The notes under the pieces were generated by a model. The model did not search any database. It was not told where the DNA came from and saw only the letters and a program-made list of their open reading frames with translations. This document shows, piece by piece, positions 55,457-64,000 of a stretch of 64,000 bases of DNA (position 1 is the first letter of the stretch; every line of letters begins with the position of its first letter). The position numbers and the translations under genes are program-made. Origin of the DNA: Candidatus Binatia bacterium (GTDB taxonomy: Bacteria; Desulfobacterota; Binatia; HRBIN30); the NCBI GenBank assembly GCA_046327925.1, contig JAXLXM010000001.1, forward strand, positions 555,316 through 619,315, read 5' to 3'.

Positions 55457-57409
55457 CTATTCGCAGTGCGCGAGCCAGCCGTCCGCGAGGGACGGAAAGT
55501 GGTCGGTCGCATGCGGCAGATGGGTGGCGTCGACGAACGCATCCATGAATCCCGGCTCGGCCGTCAGCTCCACGTATTCGACCTGGCGCGCCATGCGCTC
55601 GGCCTCGGCGCGTTTGTGACGATTCAGGAGGGCGATGCGCGCGCCGTCACCCGCGGCATTGCCGACCGCCCGAACATTCTCGATGCCACAATCCGGGAAC
55701 ATGCCCAGCCAGAGGGCGCGTTCGACATCGATGACGCTGCCGAACGCGCCGGCCAACGTGACTCGATCCGGGCGGGCAATTCCGAAGCGCCGTAGGAGCA
55801 ACTGGCCGCCGGTGTACAGCGCCGCCTTGGCGAGTTGGATGGCACGCACGTCTTCCTGGGTTACCGTGATGTCGATGCCAATGGCCGTCTGTTCCGCCCA
55901 GGCGACGACGAACTCGAACCCGCCGTCGGTGCATGGCCGCACCCGCGGCGACCCGCCGCCGTTGCGGATGCGGCCGCTGCGATCGACGATTCCGGCGTGG
56001 AACATCTCGGCGACGGTTTCGAGGATCGCCGACCCGCACAGGCCGCGCGCCTGCAACGTGCCCGGTTCGACGCGCGTGCTCCAGCGCGGATTGCCGATTA
56101 CCCGGAAGCGGACGTCGCCCGTTGCGGGATCGATCCGAACCTTGTCGATCGCCCCGGGCGTAGCCCGCGTGCCGAACTTGATACACGCGCCTTCGAGCGC
56201 CGGACCGGTCGGGCACGAGGCGGAGAGCAGCCGGTCGCGGTTGCCCAACAGCAGCTCGGCGTTGGTGCCGATGTCGATGATGAGCTGGACCTCGTCGCGC
56301 CGGTGCGGTTCCTCGGCGATGAGCACGGCGACGTTGTCCGCGCCGACGAAAGCGGCCTCGATCGGTAGGAGGTGAACGTTGGCCGAGGGCAGGATCGCCA
56401 AGCCCACATCGCGCGCCTTGACGTCGACAGCGCCGCTGACCGCGGGTGTGAACGGGACGATCCCCAAGGCCTGCACGTCGAGGCCAAGAAAGATGTGGTG
56501 CATGGCGGTGTTGGCGACCAGCACCACCTCGGCGATATCCAGCGGCGCGATCGACGCCTGCGTGGCCGTCTCGCGCGCCAATGCACCGACCGCGTCGACG
56601 ACCAGCCGCCGCATGGCTTCGAGCCGGTCACGACCTTTGCTGCTGGCGATGCGATTCATCACGTCTTCGCCATGCGCGATCTGCGGGTTCATCATGGCGC
56701 TACTGGCTAGCACCTCTCCGCTGGCCACATCGCACAGGTAGGCGGCGACGGTCGTGGTGCCGAGGTCCACCGCGAGGCCGTACGCCCGTTCGCTATAGCC
56801 CGGCTCGATGCGGATCACCTCCTGGCCGTTCCACACGGTGGCCGTGACGGCGCCGTCGCCCGCCCGCAACGCGGCGGGGAGTTGCCGTAACGCGTAGGGG
56901 TCGATGCGCAGATGCGGCAGCGCAAAGTGCGCGTCGAGCGCGGCGCCGAGCCGCTCCCAATCCCCCCGGGGATCCGTCAAACTGGGTGGGGCGGGGCGTA
57001 CGTAGTGCTGGTGCAGGGTGGGGGCAATGTCGATGGACCGCTCGCAGGCCGCTTTCAGGATGATGGGCCGGTCCACCCGGCTTTCCTCCGGGACGTACAC
57101 GACCACGTCGCCCCGCACGCGGGCCTGGCACGACAGCCGCTCCCCGGCGCGCAAGGGACGGCGACCCGTGTAGCGCAGCTCCTCCGGCGTCGGCGGCGAC
57201 ACGTGACTGCCGTGCGAGGCGATGCCCTGCTCGGGGTGCGGCCCCTCCAACACACGCACCTTGCACTTGCCGCACACGGACTGTCCGCCGCAAATGGTTT
57301 CGATGCCGACACCAAGCAAACGCGCGGCCTCGCGCAGCGTCGTTCCCGCGGCGATCTCGCCACACTCGCCGGAAGGCAAGAAGCAGACTCGATGTGTCGT
57401 CATTGCCAA
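55457..57409 (-). CDS. RACo-like reductive activator of corrinoid enzymes (2Fe-2S ferredoxin domain + ASKHA ATPase, DUF4445)
   Basis: The N-terminus has plant-type ferredoxin Cys spacing (ICGGQSVCGKCKV...LSCQA). The long C-terminal ASKHA-like region includes YGLAVDLGTTTV and IDIGTNAE phosphate-binding loops. Length is 650 aa. Confidence 0.85.
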   Translation of the reverse strand: MAMTTHRVCFLPSGECGEIAAGTTLREAARLLGVGIETICGGQSVCGKCKVRVLEGPHPEQGIASHGSHVSPPTPEELRYTGRRPLRAGERLSCQARVRGDVVVYVPEESRVDRPIILKAACERSIDIAPTLHQHYVRPAPPSLTDPRGDWERLGAALDAHFALPHLRIDPYALRQLPAALRAGDGAVTATVWNGQEVIRIEPGYSERAYGLAVDLGTTTVAAYLCDVASGEVLASSAMMNPQIAHGEDVMNRIASSKGRDRLEAMRRLVVDAVGALARETATQASIAPLDIAEVVLVANTAMHHIFLGLDVQALGIVPFTPAVSGAVDVKARDVGLAILPSANVHLLPIEAAFVGADNVAVLIAEEPHRRDEVQLIIDIGTNAELLLGNRDRLLSASCPTGPALEGACIKFGTRATPGAIDKVRIDPATGDVRFRVIGNPRWSTRVEPGTLQARGLCGSAILETVAEMFHAGIVDRSGRIRNGGGSPRVRPCTDGGFEFVVAWAEQTAIGIDITVTQEDVRAIQLAKAALYTGGQLLLRRFGIARPDRVTLAGAFGSVIDVERALWLGMFPDCGIENVRAVGNAAGDGARIALLNRHKRAEAERMARQVEYVELTAEPGFMDAFVDATHLPHATDHFPSLADGWLAHCE

Positions 57410-57785
57410 AGCGCCGCGCTCACAAGCGGTAGGGCGGTCTCATGATTCGATGCGATTAGTCTCGATATATCCGATCGGCATGCACCGCTCAACGGGGCCG
57501 GCCCGCGGGGCTGGCCCGCGGGCGATGGATGCGCGCGGCAGCGAGAGTGGGCGATCGCCGACCGCAACTCCGGATCCGTGCGGCGCTCGGCGGCGACAGG
57601 CGAGCGGACTGGCCCGAGCGCCGCGGCGCTGAGGATCTTGACCAGGGCGGAGTGGATTTGACGCAGAGCGCCGCACGGGGTACCGGTGCTGGGCACTCTG
57701 AGTTCGGGGAGCGCGTGGATGCCTTTCGCGACCAACCGTCGTTTCGAGGACCACCGCCGGTGGCGACGCAGGCGGAGGCACGGCC

Positions 57786-58238
57786 ATGAGACGTAAGGTT
57801 GCACGCCCCGCCGACACACCGGCCGACATCTATGACTATTGGCACCGGCGCTGGTGCGAGATCCTGACGCAGCATCACCGGCAAGCCATTGTCGACGCCG
57901 GCCTTGCCGGCATGAGCTTCACGGAACGCGTACCCGACGCACCGGACGGCAAAGGTTACTTCAGTTATGTCTTCGCCGCTGATGGCTCCGTGCAGTTCAT
58001 GGAGGGGGAGGGCGACGCGGTTGCGGCCTACGAGAGCTACGAGCTCGGCTTCCGCATGCTGAGCGACGACACGCTGGATGTCGCGCAACCGATCGCCAGC
58101 GGACGATTCCGGATGATCAGCAAGCCCGAGCGCTGGCGTATCCTCATGAGTCTGATTCCCATCCTTCGCGATGCCTGCCGCCGCGCTATCGAGGACGCCG
58201 AGCGCGAATTCGACGTGGAGTTGCCGAAATACTGGTAG
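57786..58238 (+). CDS. Hypothetical protein, possibly SCP2-like fold
   Basis: 150-aa ORF divergent from the RACo gene. A weak by-eye resemblance to SCP2 sterol-carrier domains (...MLSDDTLDVAQPIASGRFRMISKPE...). Confidence 0.4.
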   Translation: MRRKVARPADTPADIYDYWHRRWCEILTQHHRQAIVDAGLAGMSFTERVPDAPDGKGYFSYVFAADGSVQFMEGEGDAVAAYESYELGFRMLSDDTLDVAQPIASGRFRMISKPERWRILMSLIPILRDACRRAIEDAEREFDVELPKYW

Positions 58239-58485
58239 CGGGCACGGGACAGGAATCGCAGCGAGGCGTCCCCGAGCGCAGTGGCCTTCACCTGGTTCGG
58301 CGGCCATACCGGCCTGCAAGCCCGCTTTGTCGGATGAGCTGGGAGGCCTGGGGATACCCTTCCAATGGCGCGATCATGCTTCGACAGCGCACACGCAAAC
58401 GAGGTACTATCCCCGGAGTGCGCACGGGCAGAAAGGGGACAAACGGCATGGCGGTCAAGGCGATGGCTTCGAGGGGGCGGTACAC

Positions 58486-59427
58486 ATGAGTATGAACGTG
58501 TCGGTCGCGACGCTGACGGCGACGGGTCCGGTGCTGACCGACGGCGCCTGGGGCACGCAGCTCCAGGCGCACGGATTGCCCCCCGGCGAGGTGGGCGACG
58601 TCTGGAACGTGGTCTATCCCGAACGCGTCGAAGCGGTCGCCCGTGCATACGTCGACGCCGGAAGTCAAATCATTCTCACCAACACCTTTCGGGCCAACCG
58701 GATCGCGCTCGAACGTTCCGCGGAGCGTGACCGGGTGGTCGACATCAATCGCGCCGGGGTGGAAATCTCGCGGCGCGCCGCACAAGGACGGGCACTGGTG
58801 TTCGCGTCCATCGGGCCCAGCGGCAAGCTGCTCATGCGACGCGACATCACCGAGAGCGCATTGGCGGCGGCTTTTGCGGAGCAAGCGCACGCCCTGGCGG
58901 AGGCGGGCGCGGATGCGCTGGTAGTCGAAACCATGAGCGACGTGGTGGAGGCCCGAATTGCGGTCGAAGCGGCGGCGGCCACCGGTCTGCCGGTGGTGGC
59001 CTGCATGGTGTTCGATGCCGGAAAGGCGAAGGACCGGACGATGATGGGCGTGAGCGCGCAGCAGGCGGCGGTCGACCTCACGCGTGCGGGGGCCGCTATC
59101 GTTGGCGCGAACTGCGGGCTCGGTATCGAGCAAGTCGTTCCCATTTGTGCGGCACTGGCGGGCGCCACGGACCGCCCCATCTGGATCAAACCCAACGCCG
59201 GCATTCCCGAGCTGATCGCTGGGGAGATCGTCTATCGGATGACGCCGGAGGCGTTCGCGGGGTACGTACCGCAACTGATTGCGGCGGGGGCGCGTTTCAT
59301 CGGCGGGTGTTGCGGGACGACGCCGGCATTCATCGCGGCACTCCGTTCGCAACTGCGCGCCTGCGCAGGCGGTACGTCCACCGACGGGCGACCGAAGCGG
59401 CGGCTACTCGAAACTGAGCGCCGCTGA
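58486..59427 (+). CDS. Stand-alone homocysteine S-methyltransferase domain protein (Pfam S-methyl_trans type)
   Basis: LTDGAWGTQL, ILTNTF, ETMSD, and the Zn-ligand Cys motifs GANCGLG and GGCCGTTP. It is collinear with the N-terminal module of MetH. Length is 313 aa from the ATG at 58486. Confidence 0.8.
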   Translation: MSMNVSVATLTATGPVLTDGAWGTQLQAHGLPPGEVGDVWNVVYPERVEAVARAYVDAGSQIILTNTFRANRIALERSAERDRVVDINRAGVEISRRAAQGRALVFASIGPSGKLLMRRDITESALAAAFAEQAHALAEAGADALVVETMSDVVEARIAVEAAAATGLPVVACMVFDAGKAKDRTMMGVSAQQAAVDLTRAGAAIVGANCGLGIEQVVPICAALAGATDRPIWIKPNAGIPELIAGEIVYRMTPEAFAGYVPQLIAAGARFIGGCCGTTPAFIAALRSQLRACAGGTSTDGRPKRRLLETERR

Positions 59428-59455
59428 CGGTGGCGCCGATGAAGGGAGCGCATCG

Positions 59456-59563
59456 ATGAATTGGTTCTGGGCGTTGATCATCGTGATCGCGGGCAACGCG
59501 GCCCTGTTTATCGGCTTGGCGATGCTCATCCGCGTGGCCAATGGCGGCGGTCGCCGGCGTTGA
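59456..59563 (+). CDS. Possible 35-aa single-TM peptide
   Basis: ATG at 59456 with GAAGGGAG upstream. It encodes MNWFWALIIVIAGNAALFIGLAMLIRVANGGGRRR (one TM helix plus a basic tail), 28 nt after the Hcy methyltransferase gene. Unverified small ORF. Confidence 0.25.
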   Translation: MNWFWALIIVIAGNAALFIGLAMLIRVANGGGRRR

Positions 59564-59575
59564 CCACCCGTCCGC

Positions 59576-60448
59576 TCACCGCCTCATTTTGGCGATGATG
59601 TTGTTGGCGAACTCCTCGATCCGCGCCCGTTTCGCCTCCAGCGTCGAGGTTGGCCCGATGGTGAAGGTGAAGGGATAGCTCACCATCCCGCCCGCTCCGG
59701 CGTCCTCGAGACGCTTGAACGTGTCCACGTCCGGCGGGCTATTGATGGGGACAATGCTGTCGAACGGCTCCGTGCCGCGTCCGGCTTCGGCGCGCAACTG
59801 ATCCAGACGCCGCAAAGTCTCGAGCGCTTGCTCGAGGGATTGCCCGGGGCCCAGCCAACCGTCGCCCAGCCATGCGGCGCGGCGCAGCGCCGCCGGCGTG
59901 ATGCCGCCGATGTAGATCGGAATGGGCTGGCGCGGCGCCGGCAGCATGCGCACCGGAGGGAAGTCGAAGAAGCGGCCGTGGTGCTCGACCAGTTCGCCGC
60001 TCCAGAGCTTGCGCATGACCGCGATGCATTCGTCGAAGCGCTTGCCGCGCGTGTGGAAATCCACGCCGAGGAGATCGTACTCCTCCTTCATCCAACCGGC
60101 GCCGGCGCCGAGGGCGATGCGACCTTCGCAAAAGGAGGCGGCGCTGCCGATCGCCTTGGCCACCTCGATGGGATTGCGCAGCGGCAGGACAAAGACGTTG
60201 GTGGCGAAGCGGATGCGCTTGGTCATCGCGCCGACGGCGGCGAAGAACGACCACGCATCGGGCCACACGGTGAGTGGCGTGAACGGCGGTAGGCCGCTCG
60301 GTGTGTACGGGTAGCGCGGCGCCATGTGCTGAAAGTGAATCAAGTGGTCGGAAATGGTGATGCCGTCGAAGCCGGCGTCTTCCGAGAGCTTGGCGACCGC
60401 AATGAACTGGTCGGCCTCGGTGAACGCGATGGATTGCCAGAAGCGCAT
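59576..60448 (-). CDS. Luciferase-like (LLM class) oxidoreductase, probably F420-dependent
   Basis: MRFWQSIAFTE.DQ....A..SE.AGFDGITISDH and the later GGI.P.ALRRAA.LGDGW pattern are typical of F420-dependent LLM subfamilies. Length is 290 aa. Confidence 0.75.
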   Translation of the reverse strand: MRFWQSIAFTEADQFIAVAKLSEDAGFDGITISDHLIHFQHMAPRYPYTPSGLPPFTPLTVWPDAWSFFAAVGAMTKRIRFATNVFVLPLRNPIEVAKAIGSAASFCEGRIALGAGAGWMKEEYDLLGVDFHTRGKRFDECIAVMRKLWSGELVEHHGRFFDFPPVRMLPAPRQPIPIYIGGITPAALRRAAWLGDGWLGPGQSLEQALETLRRLDQLRAEAGRGTEPFDSIVPINSPPDVDTFKRLEDAGAGGMVSYPFTFTIGPTSTLEAKRARIEEFANNIIAKMRR

Positions 60449-60612
60449 GCTCGCTCTCTCCTCTCGATAGGCGTGTGCGGTCGTGCCGCGGGCGCGGCAC
60501 CGTGCGGCGGATCACTCCCGAGGTTGCACGCCGGGCGATATAGTGCGGTTCGTATCGTACCGCAAGGGTTGGGGCGGCCGGCCACCGAAAAGGACGATCG
60601 CGCGACGCCGGC

Positions 60613-61695
60613 TCAGCGCCGCAGCCGGCGTCCGGTTACCAGCGGCAGGTCGAGGGCGGAGAGGATTCCCGGCGCGGCCTGGCACACCGCGGGGATCGCG
60701 TTCACCACGCGCGTGGCGGTGGCGAGAATGCCGCCGGCTACGTGATCGCCGCTGGCATCCCGCTGATCGAAGTGGCAGGTCATCTTCGGATCGCCGTCGA
60801 TCGTGATGTAGTACCCGGGGCCGTCGCGACCCTGCGGCCAGTCGGGGCCGATGTCGGGACGCAGGCGGGTAACGTGCTCGAGCACGATCGTCGGGCGACC
60901 CGCGACGATGCCCTGCACCGCGAAGCGTAACGCGGCCGCCGTACCCTTGCGGATCGGGCCGGCTTGGATCTCGAAGTCATCGGCAGCCGGCAAACGTTCG
61001 TATACCTCGCGAACCGCGTCCAGGGTGACGCCCAGACCCGCGGCGATGGCGTGTACCGGACCGCCCCAGACGTACGTCAGAACACCCGGCTTGAACAGGT
61101 TCGGCACGTAGTCCATCGGCATGCCAAAACCCATGCGCTCGTAGAGGATCTGTTGCGCGACGGCTCTGGACGCCGGGCAATAGGTCGCGTAATCGAGGAT
61201 CTCCATCACGTGGATCGACGTCCAATACTGGCACAGGCCACTGATGACCAGCGGCAGGGTGTCGCTGGCGAAGCCGGGTTCGATGCCGGAGGTGAAGACG
61301 GACTTTCCGCTCGCGCGGCACGCCGCCTCCAGCTTGCGCACCAAGCTCTGGTCGGGGAACGATGGCGGGTACACGAGGCCGACGACGGAGGTAGAGACGA
61401 TATTCTTGCCGGACGCGAGCATACGGCACATCAGGTCGACAGTCTCGGCCTCGCGCTCGTCGCCCGAGGCCGCGGAACAAACGCAATCGGCATCGAGGGC
61501 CAGCAGCGCGTCGATGTCGTTGGTGGCCGCAATCCCGGTGCGTCCGAGCCCGCACAGCTCCCCGGCGTCCCTGCCTACCTTCTCCGGGCTGTGGACCCAC
61601 ACGCCGACCAACTCGAGATCGGGATGCTCGATCACGGCGCGCAGGGCAAAATGGCCGACGAAGCCGGTCGCCCATTGGATCACCTTGTAACGCAT
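60613..61695 (-). CDS. DapB-N-like NAD(P)-binding protein (amine dehydrogenase / 2,4-diaminopentanoate dehydrogenase-like family)
   Basis: MRYKVIQWATGFVGHFALRAVIEHPDLELVGVWVHSPEKVGRDAGEL is the N-terminal signature I associate with this family. Length is 360 aa. Confidence 0.6.
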   Translation of the reverse strand: MRYKVIQWATGFVGHFALRAVIEHPDLELVGVWVHSPEKVGRDAGELCGLGRTGIAATNDIDALLALDADCVCSAASGDEREAETVDLMCRMLASGKNIVSTSVVGLVYPPSFPDQSLVRKLEAACRASGKSVFTSGIEPGFASDTLPLVISGLCQYWTSIHVMEILDYATYCPASRAVAQQILYERMGFGMPMDYVPNLFKPGVLTYVWGGPVHAIAAGLGVTLDAVREVYERLPAADDFEIQAGPIRKGTAAALRFAVQGIVAGRPTIVLEHVTRLRPDIGPDWPQGRDGPGYYITIDGDPKMTCHFDQRDASGDHVAGGILATATRVVNAIPAVCQAAPGILSALDLPLVTGRRLRR

Positions 61696-61732
61696 AGGTA
61701 CCTCCGATCGCGTCTTCCCGGTGTCCGCGGCG

Positions 61733-62671
61733 TCACACCAGCGCGTCGATGCGCCGATCCACCGCTCGCAGGAACGTAGGCATCTCGTTGGGGTGATCGA
61801 TGAATTGCGACGGTTTGATGGTGATCGAGTGCACGCCCGCTGCCAACAGGGGGGGCACGCTGGTGTCGATACTGCGGGCGAGGTCGGCGGGCTTGGTGGG
61901 GTGCGTGAATATCGGGAACACGAGGCCGCTCGTTTTCAGAGATGAGACGTCGCGTCCCGCCTTGCCCATCTCCGCGGCCAGAAGGGCGAGACCTTCGGCA
62001 TCGGGCGCGCTGGTCAGGGTGTAACCGCTGCCGTACTTGACGATGCGCTCGATGACCTTCGTGCTCATGCGCTCCCCGCCGATGATGATTTCCGGTCCGC
62101 CGGGCTGCACCGGCTTGGGCATGACGTAGATGTCCTTGAAGCTGTAATATCGCCCCTCGTAGCTGGCCGGCGTCTCCCGCCAAACCAGGCGCATGATCTC
62201 CAGTTGCTCGTCGAGGCGGCGGCTACGCTGCGCGAAGGGGATGCCGAAGGCGGCGTATTCTTCGTGCTGCCAGCCGGCGATTGGTGTAATGGTGACGCGC
62301 CCGCCGGAAAGCAGGTCCAACGTCGCCCACTGCTTCGCGTTCAGTAGCGGCGGGCGCAACGGCACGAGGGTGGCGGTGGCGTGCAGCCGAATGCGCGAGG
62401 TGACCGCGGCGATCGCCGACATCATGACGATCTGACTCGGCATGTGCTGGTCCGGGCGCTGATTGCCGACCCAACGAAAGGCGCGCGGATTGTCCGGCAG
62501 GCCCTTAAAATCGGCGTGCGGCCCCATCACGACGTGGTCGATGATGTGGATGCCATCGTAACCCGCGTCTTCCGCCTGCTGCGCGAAGCGCAAGACGAGC
62601 CGTTCTTCGTCCGGTTTGATGAGCGTGTCGAGTTCGCTCAGGATGACGGTCAGCTTGGGCTTCCGCGGCAT
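61733..62671 (-). CDS. Luciferase-like (LLM class) flavin/F420-dependent oxidoreductase
   Basis: A.QAEDAGYDGIHIIDHV, TIM-barrel-length 312 aa, GGR...I..GW pattern. Confidence 0.75.
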   Translation of the reverse strand: MPRKPKLTVILSELDTLIKPDEERLVLRFAQQAEDAGYDGIHIIDHVVMGPHADFKGLPDNPRAFRWVGNQRPDQHMPSQIVMMSAIAAVTSRIRLHATATLVPLRPPLLNAKQWATLDLLSGGRVTITPIAGWQHEEYAAFGIPFAQRSRRLDEQLEIMRLVWRETPASYEGRYYSFKDIYVMPKPVQPGGPEIIIGGERMSTKVIERIVKYGSGYTLTSAPDAEGLALLAAEMGKAGRDVSSLKTSGLVFPIFTHPTKPADLARSIDTSVPPLLAAGVHSITIKPSQFIDHPNEMPTFLRAVDRRIDALV

Positions 62672-62722
62672 CAGAAATCTCGCGCCCTCGCTCTCGCCCG
62701 ATGACGTGCGGTCGCCGGTTGG

Positions 62723-63982
62723 CTAGTGCAGCGGCATCCCCAGCCGCGCCAACTCGTCCATGACGCGCAACATGCCGGCTTCGTACGCCGGCTTGGGCCG
62801 CACGGTTTCAAGGTCGTAGGCGTCAGGGAACGCAACCTGCTTCTCGACGGTCGGCAGCAGTTCGTCCACCTTGCGCATGATCTTCTGCGCCAGTTCGTTG
62901 GACTTCTCGGGGGACAGGCCGGTGCACGCCTTCATCATCTGATCGATCAAGCGGGCTTCCAGTCCCGTGTGCCCGGAGATCCAGGAGTAAGACATGCCGC
63001 TGGCGACGTACACCGCCACCACCGCCGCCGACTGCCACAACGACACCGGCGTGCGCCACACCCGGTCGATGCCGGAGATGGACGAGCCCACCGCCAGGCC
63101 CAGGTGCCGCTCCGAGGCGCGCGCCGCGCCGCTGAAGGCCCAGTGCGAGTCGCGCGTGGCCCAGGTGCCGTCGAGATGGCTGGGGAAGTAGCTCATGGTG
63201 CCGCCGTGCGCATAGCTCATTTGCCCGAGCCCGTTGGCCACCATGGTCACGGCCACCTCGGCGCCATCGCGGCAGAGGCCGCCGATGCACGACATCGAAC
63301 TCTGCCACGGCTCGATGCCCTTGATCTCGCAGTACTGGGCCAGGAGCAGCGGATTCCAGCTCAGTTTCTGTTCGGGCATGATGTGGATGCCGATCTGCGT
63401 GTTGTAGGCATCGCGGTAACCGCCCTCCATGACGGCCATGGTGCCGCTCGGCGTACTGGCCGTGCCCAGCAGCCCAAGATTCAAGTGCAGGCGTCCCGCG
63501 CGCTTGAGCGCCTCGCGCAAGGCTTCCTGTTCCCACAGGGCGACGTAGACTTCGGTCAACGTCCCCGCTTTCGGATCGATGGTATCGAGCCGGGCCAAGC
63601 CGGGGCAAATGCCGAGCCCGGCGACCGACGGCTCCTGCGCGATGGACTGCACGTAGGGAATGAACCATTCCTGCGCCGCCACGCCGGCGGGGCCGGCATA
63701 GTTGGTCGGTGCCCATGGATCGGTGCCCTTGCGGTGGCGCAAGGTCATTTTATCTGGGGCCTTACCGAGCGTGACGCAGGCCGGGTTCTCGCGCGATTCC
63801 TTGGCGATCTGTTGGAGCTCCTCCTTCGTGTACTTGACGACGCGACCGGTGTTCATCTGGTACAGTCCGATCTCGGCAAGCAGGTCGACCGCGGCGTGGA
63901 ATATGGCATCGGCCGTCCGCTCGCTGACGACCAGATTGTCCGGGTCGTACTTGATATCGTACTCCGCGACCAGCTCGCGCAC
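62723..63982 (-). CDS. Non-pyrrolysine homolog of monomethylamine methyltransferase MtmB (possibly 5'-incomplete at the window edge)
   Basis: Collinear by eye with my recollection of Methanosarcina MtmB:
- GLYQMNTGRVVKYTKEEL versus GIYCTDTHRIVKYTEDEI.
- AGPAGVAAQEWFIPYV versus GGPTGSPISEDVFMPVH.
- HLDGTW versus HLDGPV.
- HTGLEARLIDQM...AFPDAYDLETVRPKPAY...LARLGMPL versus TTGMEARMMGEV...TFQECYDVKTVTPTEEY...LEDLGLVF.
There is no in-frame stop. The frame is still open from 63983 to 64000, so the true start may lie outside the window. Confidence 0.8.
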   Translation of the reverse strand: MRELVAEYDIKYDPDNLVVSERTADAIFHAAVDLLAEIGLYQMNTGRVVKYTKEELQQIAKESRENPACVTLGKAPDKMTLRHRKGTDPWAPTNYAGPAGVAAQEWFIPYVQSIAQEPSVAGLGICPGLARLDTIDPKAGTLTEVYVALWEQEALREALKRAGRLHLNLGLLGTASTPSGTMAVMEGGYRDAYNTQIGIHIMPEQKLSWNPLLLAQYCEIKGIEPWQSSMSCIGGLCRDGAEVAVTMVANGLGQMSYAHGGTMSYFPSHLDGTWATRDSHWAFSGAARASERHLGLAVGSSISGIDRVWRTPVSLWQSAAVVAVYVASGMSYSWISGHTGLEARLIDQMMKACTGLSPEKSNELAQKIMRKVDELLPTVEKQVAFPDAYDLETVRPKPAYEAGMLRVMDELARLGMPLH

Positions 63983-64000
63983 CTTGAAGGCGAGCTCCAG

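Noticed and set aside
62723-63982. Possible pyrrolysine (in-frame UAG) in the MtmB homolog
   Set aside because: The ORF is uninterrupted across the region homologous to the Pyl site. No pylTSBCD-like genes are seen in the window.

Overview
High-GC (roughly two-thirds G+C by eye) bacterial chromosomal segment with about 55 supportable genes. All family calls come from reading the supplied translations for motifs and remembered family signatures. No database search was run.

Layout:
- 0-24 kb: mostly core metabolism and housekeeping. Contents are a secreted PD40/cohesin/dockerin protein, a GAF/coiled-coil protein, fbaB, glk, htrA, metH, dtd, trmL, coaE, HU, inositol-phosphate synthase, an S8 protease, nagZ and mtnA.
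- 24-33 kb: accessory-looking stretch. It holds a radical SAM/SPASM + MBL-hydrolase pair, two decayed IS remnants, an EthD-like gene and an RND efflux pair.
- 33-44.7 kb: mixed oxidoreductase, transporter and CoA-transferase genes.
- 44.8-53.3 kb: clearest accessory island. A 2.2-kb IS with 19-bp inverted repeats has cut a type III Mod-like methyltransferase. That gene is the last of a translationally coupled operon: radC, a UvrD/Cas4-like helicase-nuclease carrying a nested low-GC GIY-YIG domain, an AlbA_2/HATPase protein, then mod.
- 54.4-64 kb: corrinoid-type methyl-transfer neighbourhood. It contains a RACo-like activator, a MetH activation-domain protein, a stand-alone homocysteine S-methyltransferase, luciferase-like oxidoreductases, and a non-pyrrolysine homolog of monomethylamine methyltransferase MtmB that runs to the window edge.

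No rRNA gene, convincing tRNA gene or CRISPR array was seen. The best candidates for something undescribed are the helicase-nuclease/AlbA_2/Mod operon and the non-Pyl MtmB plus split-MetH-module cluster.
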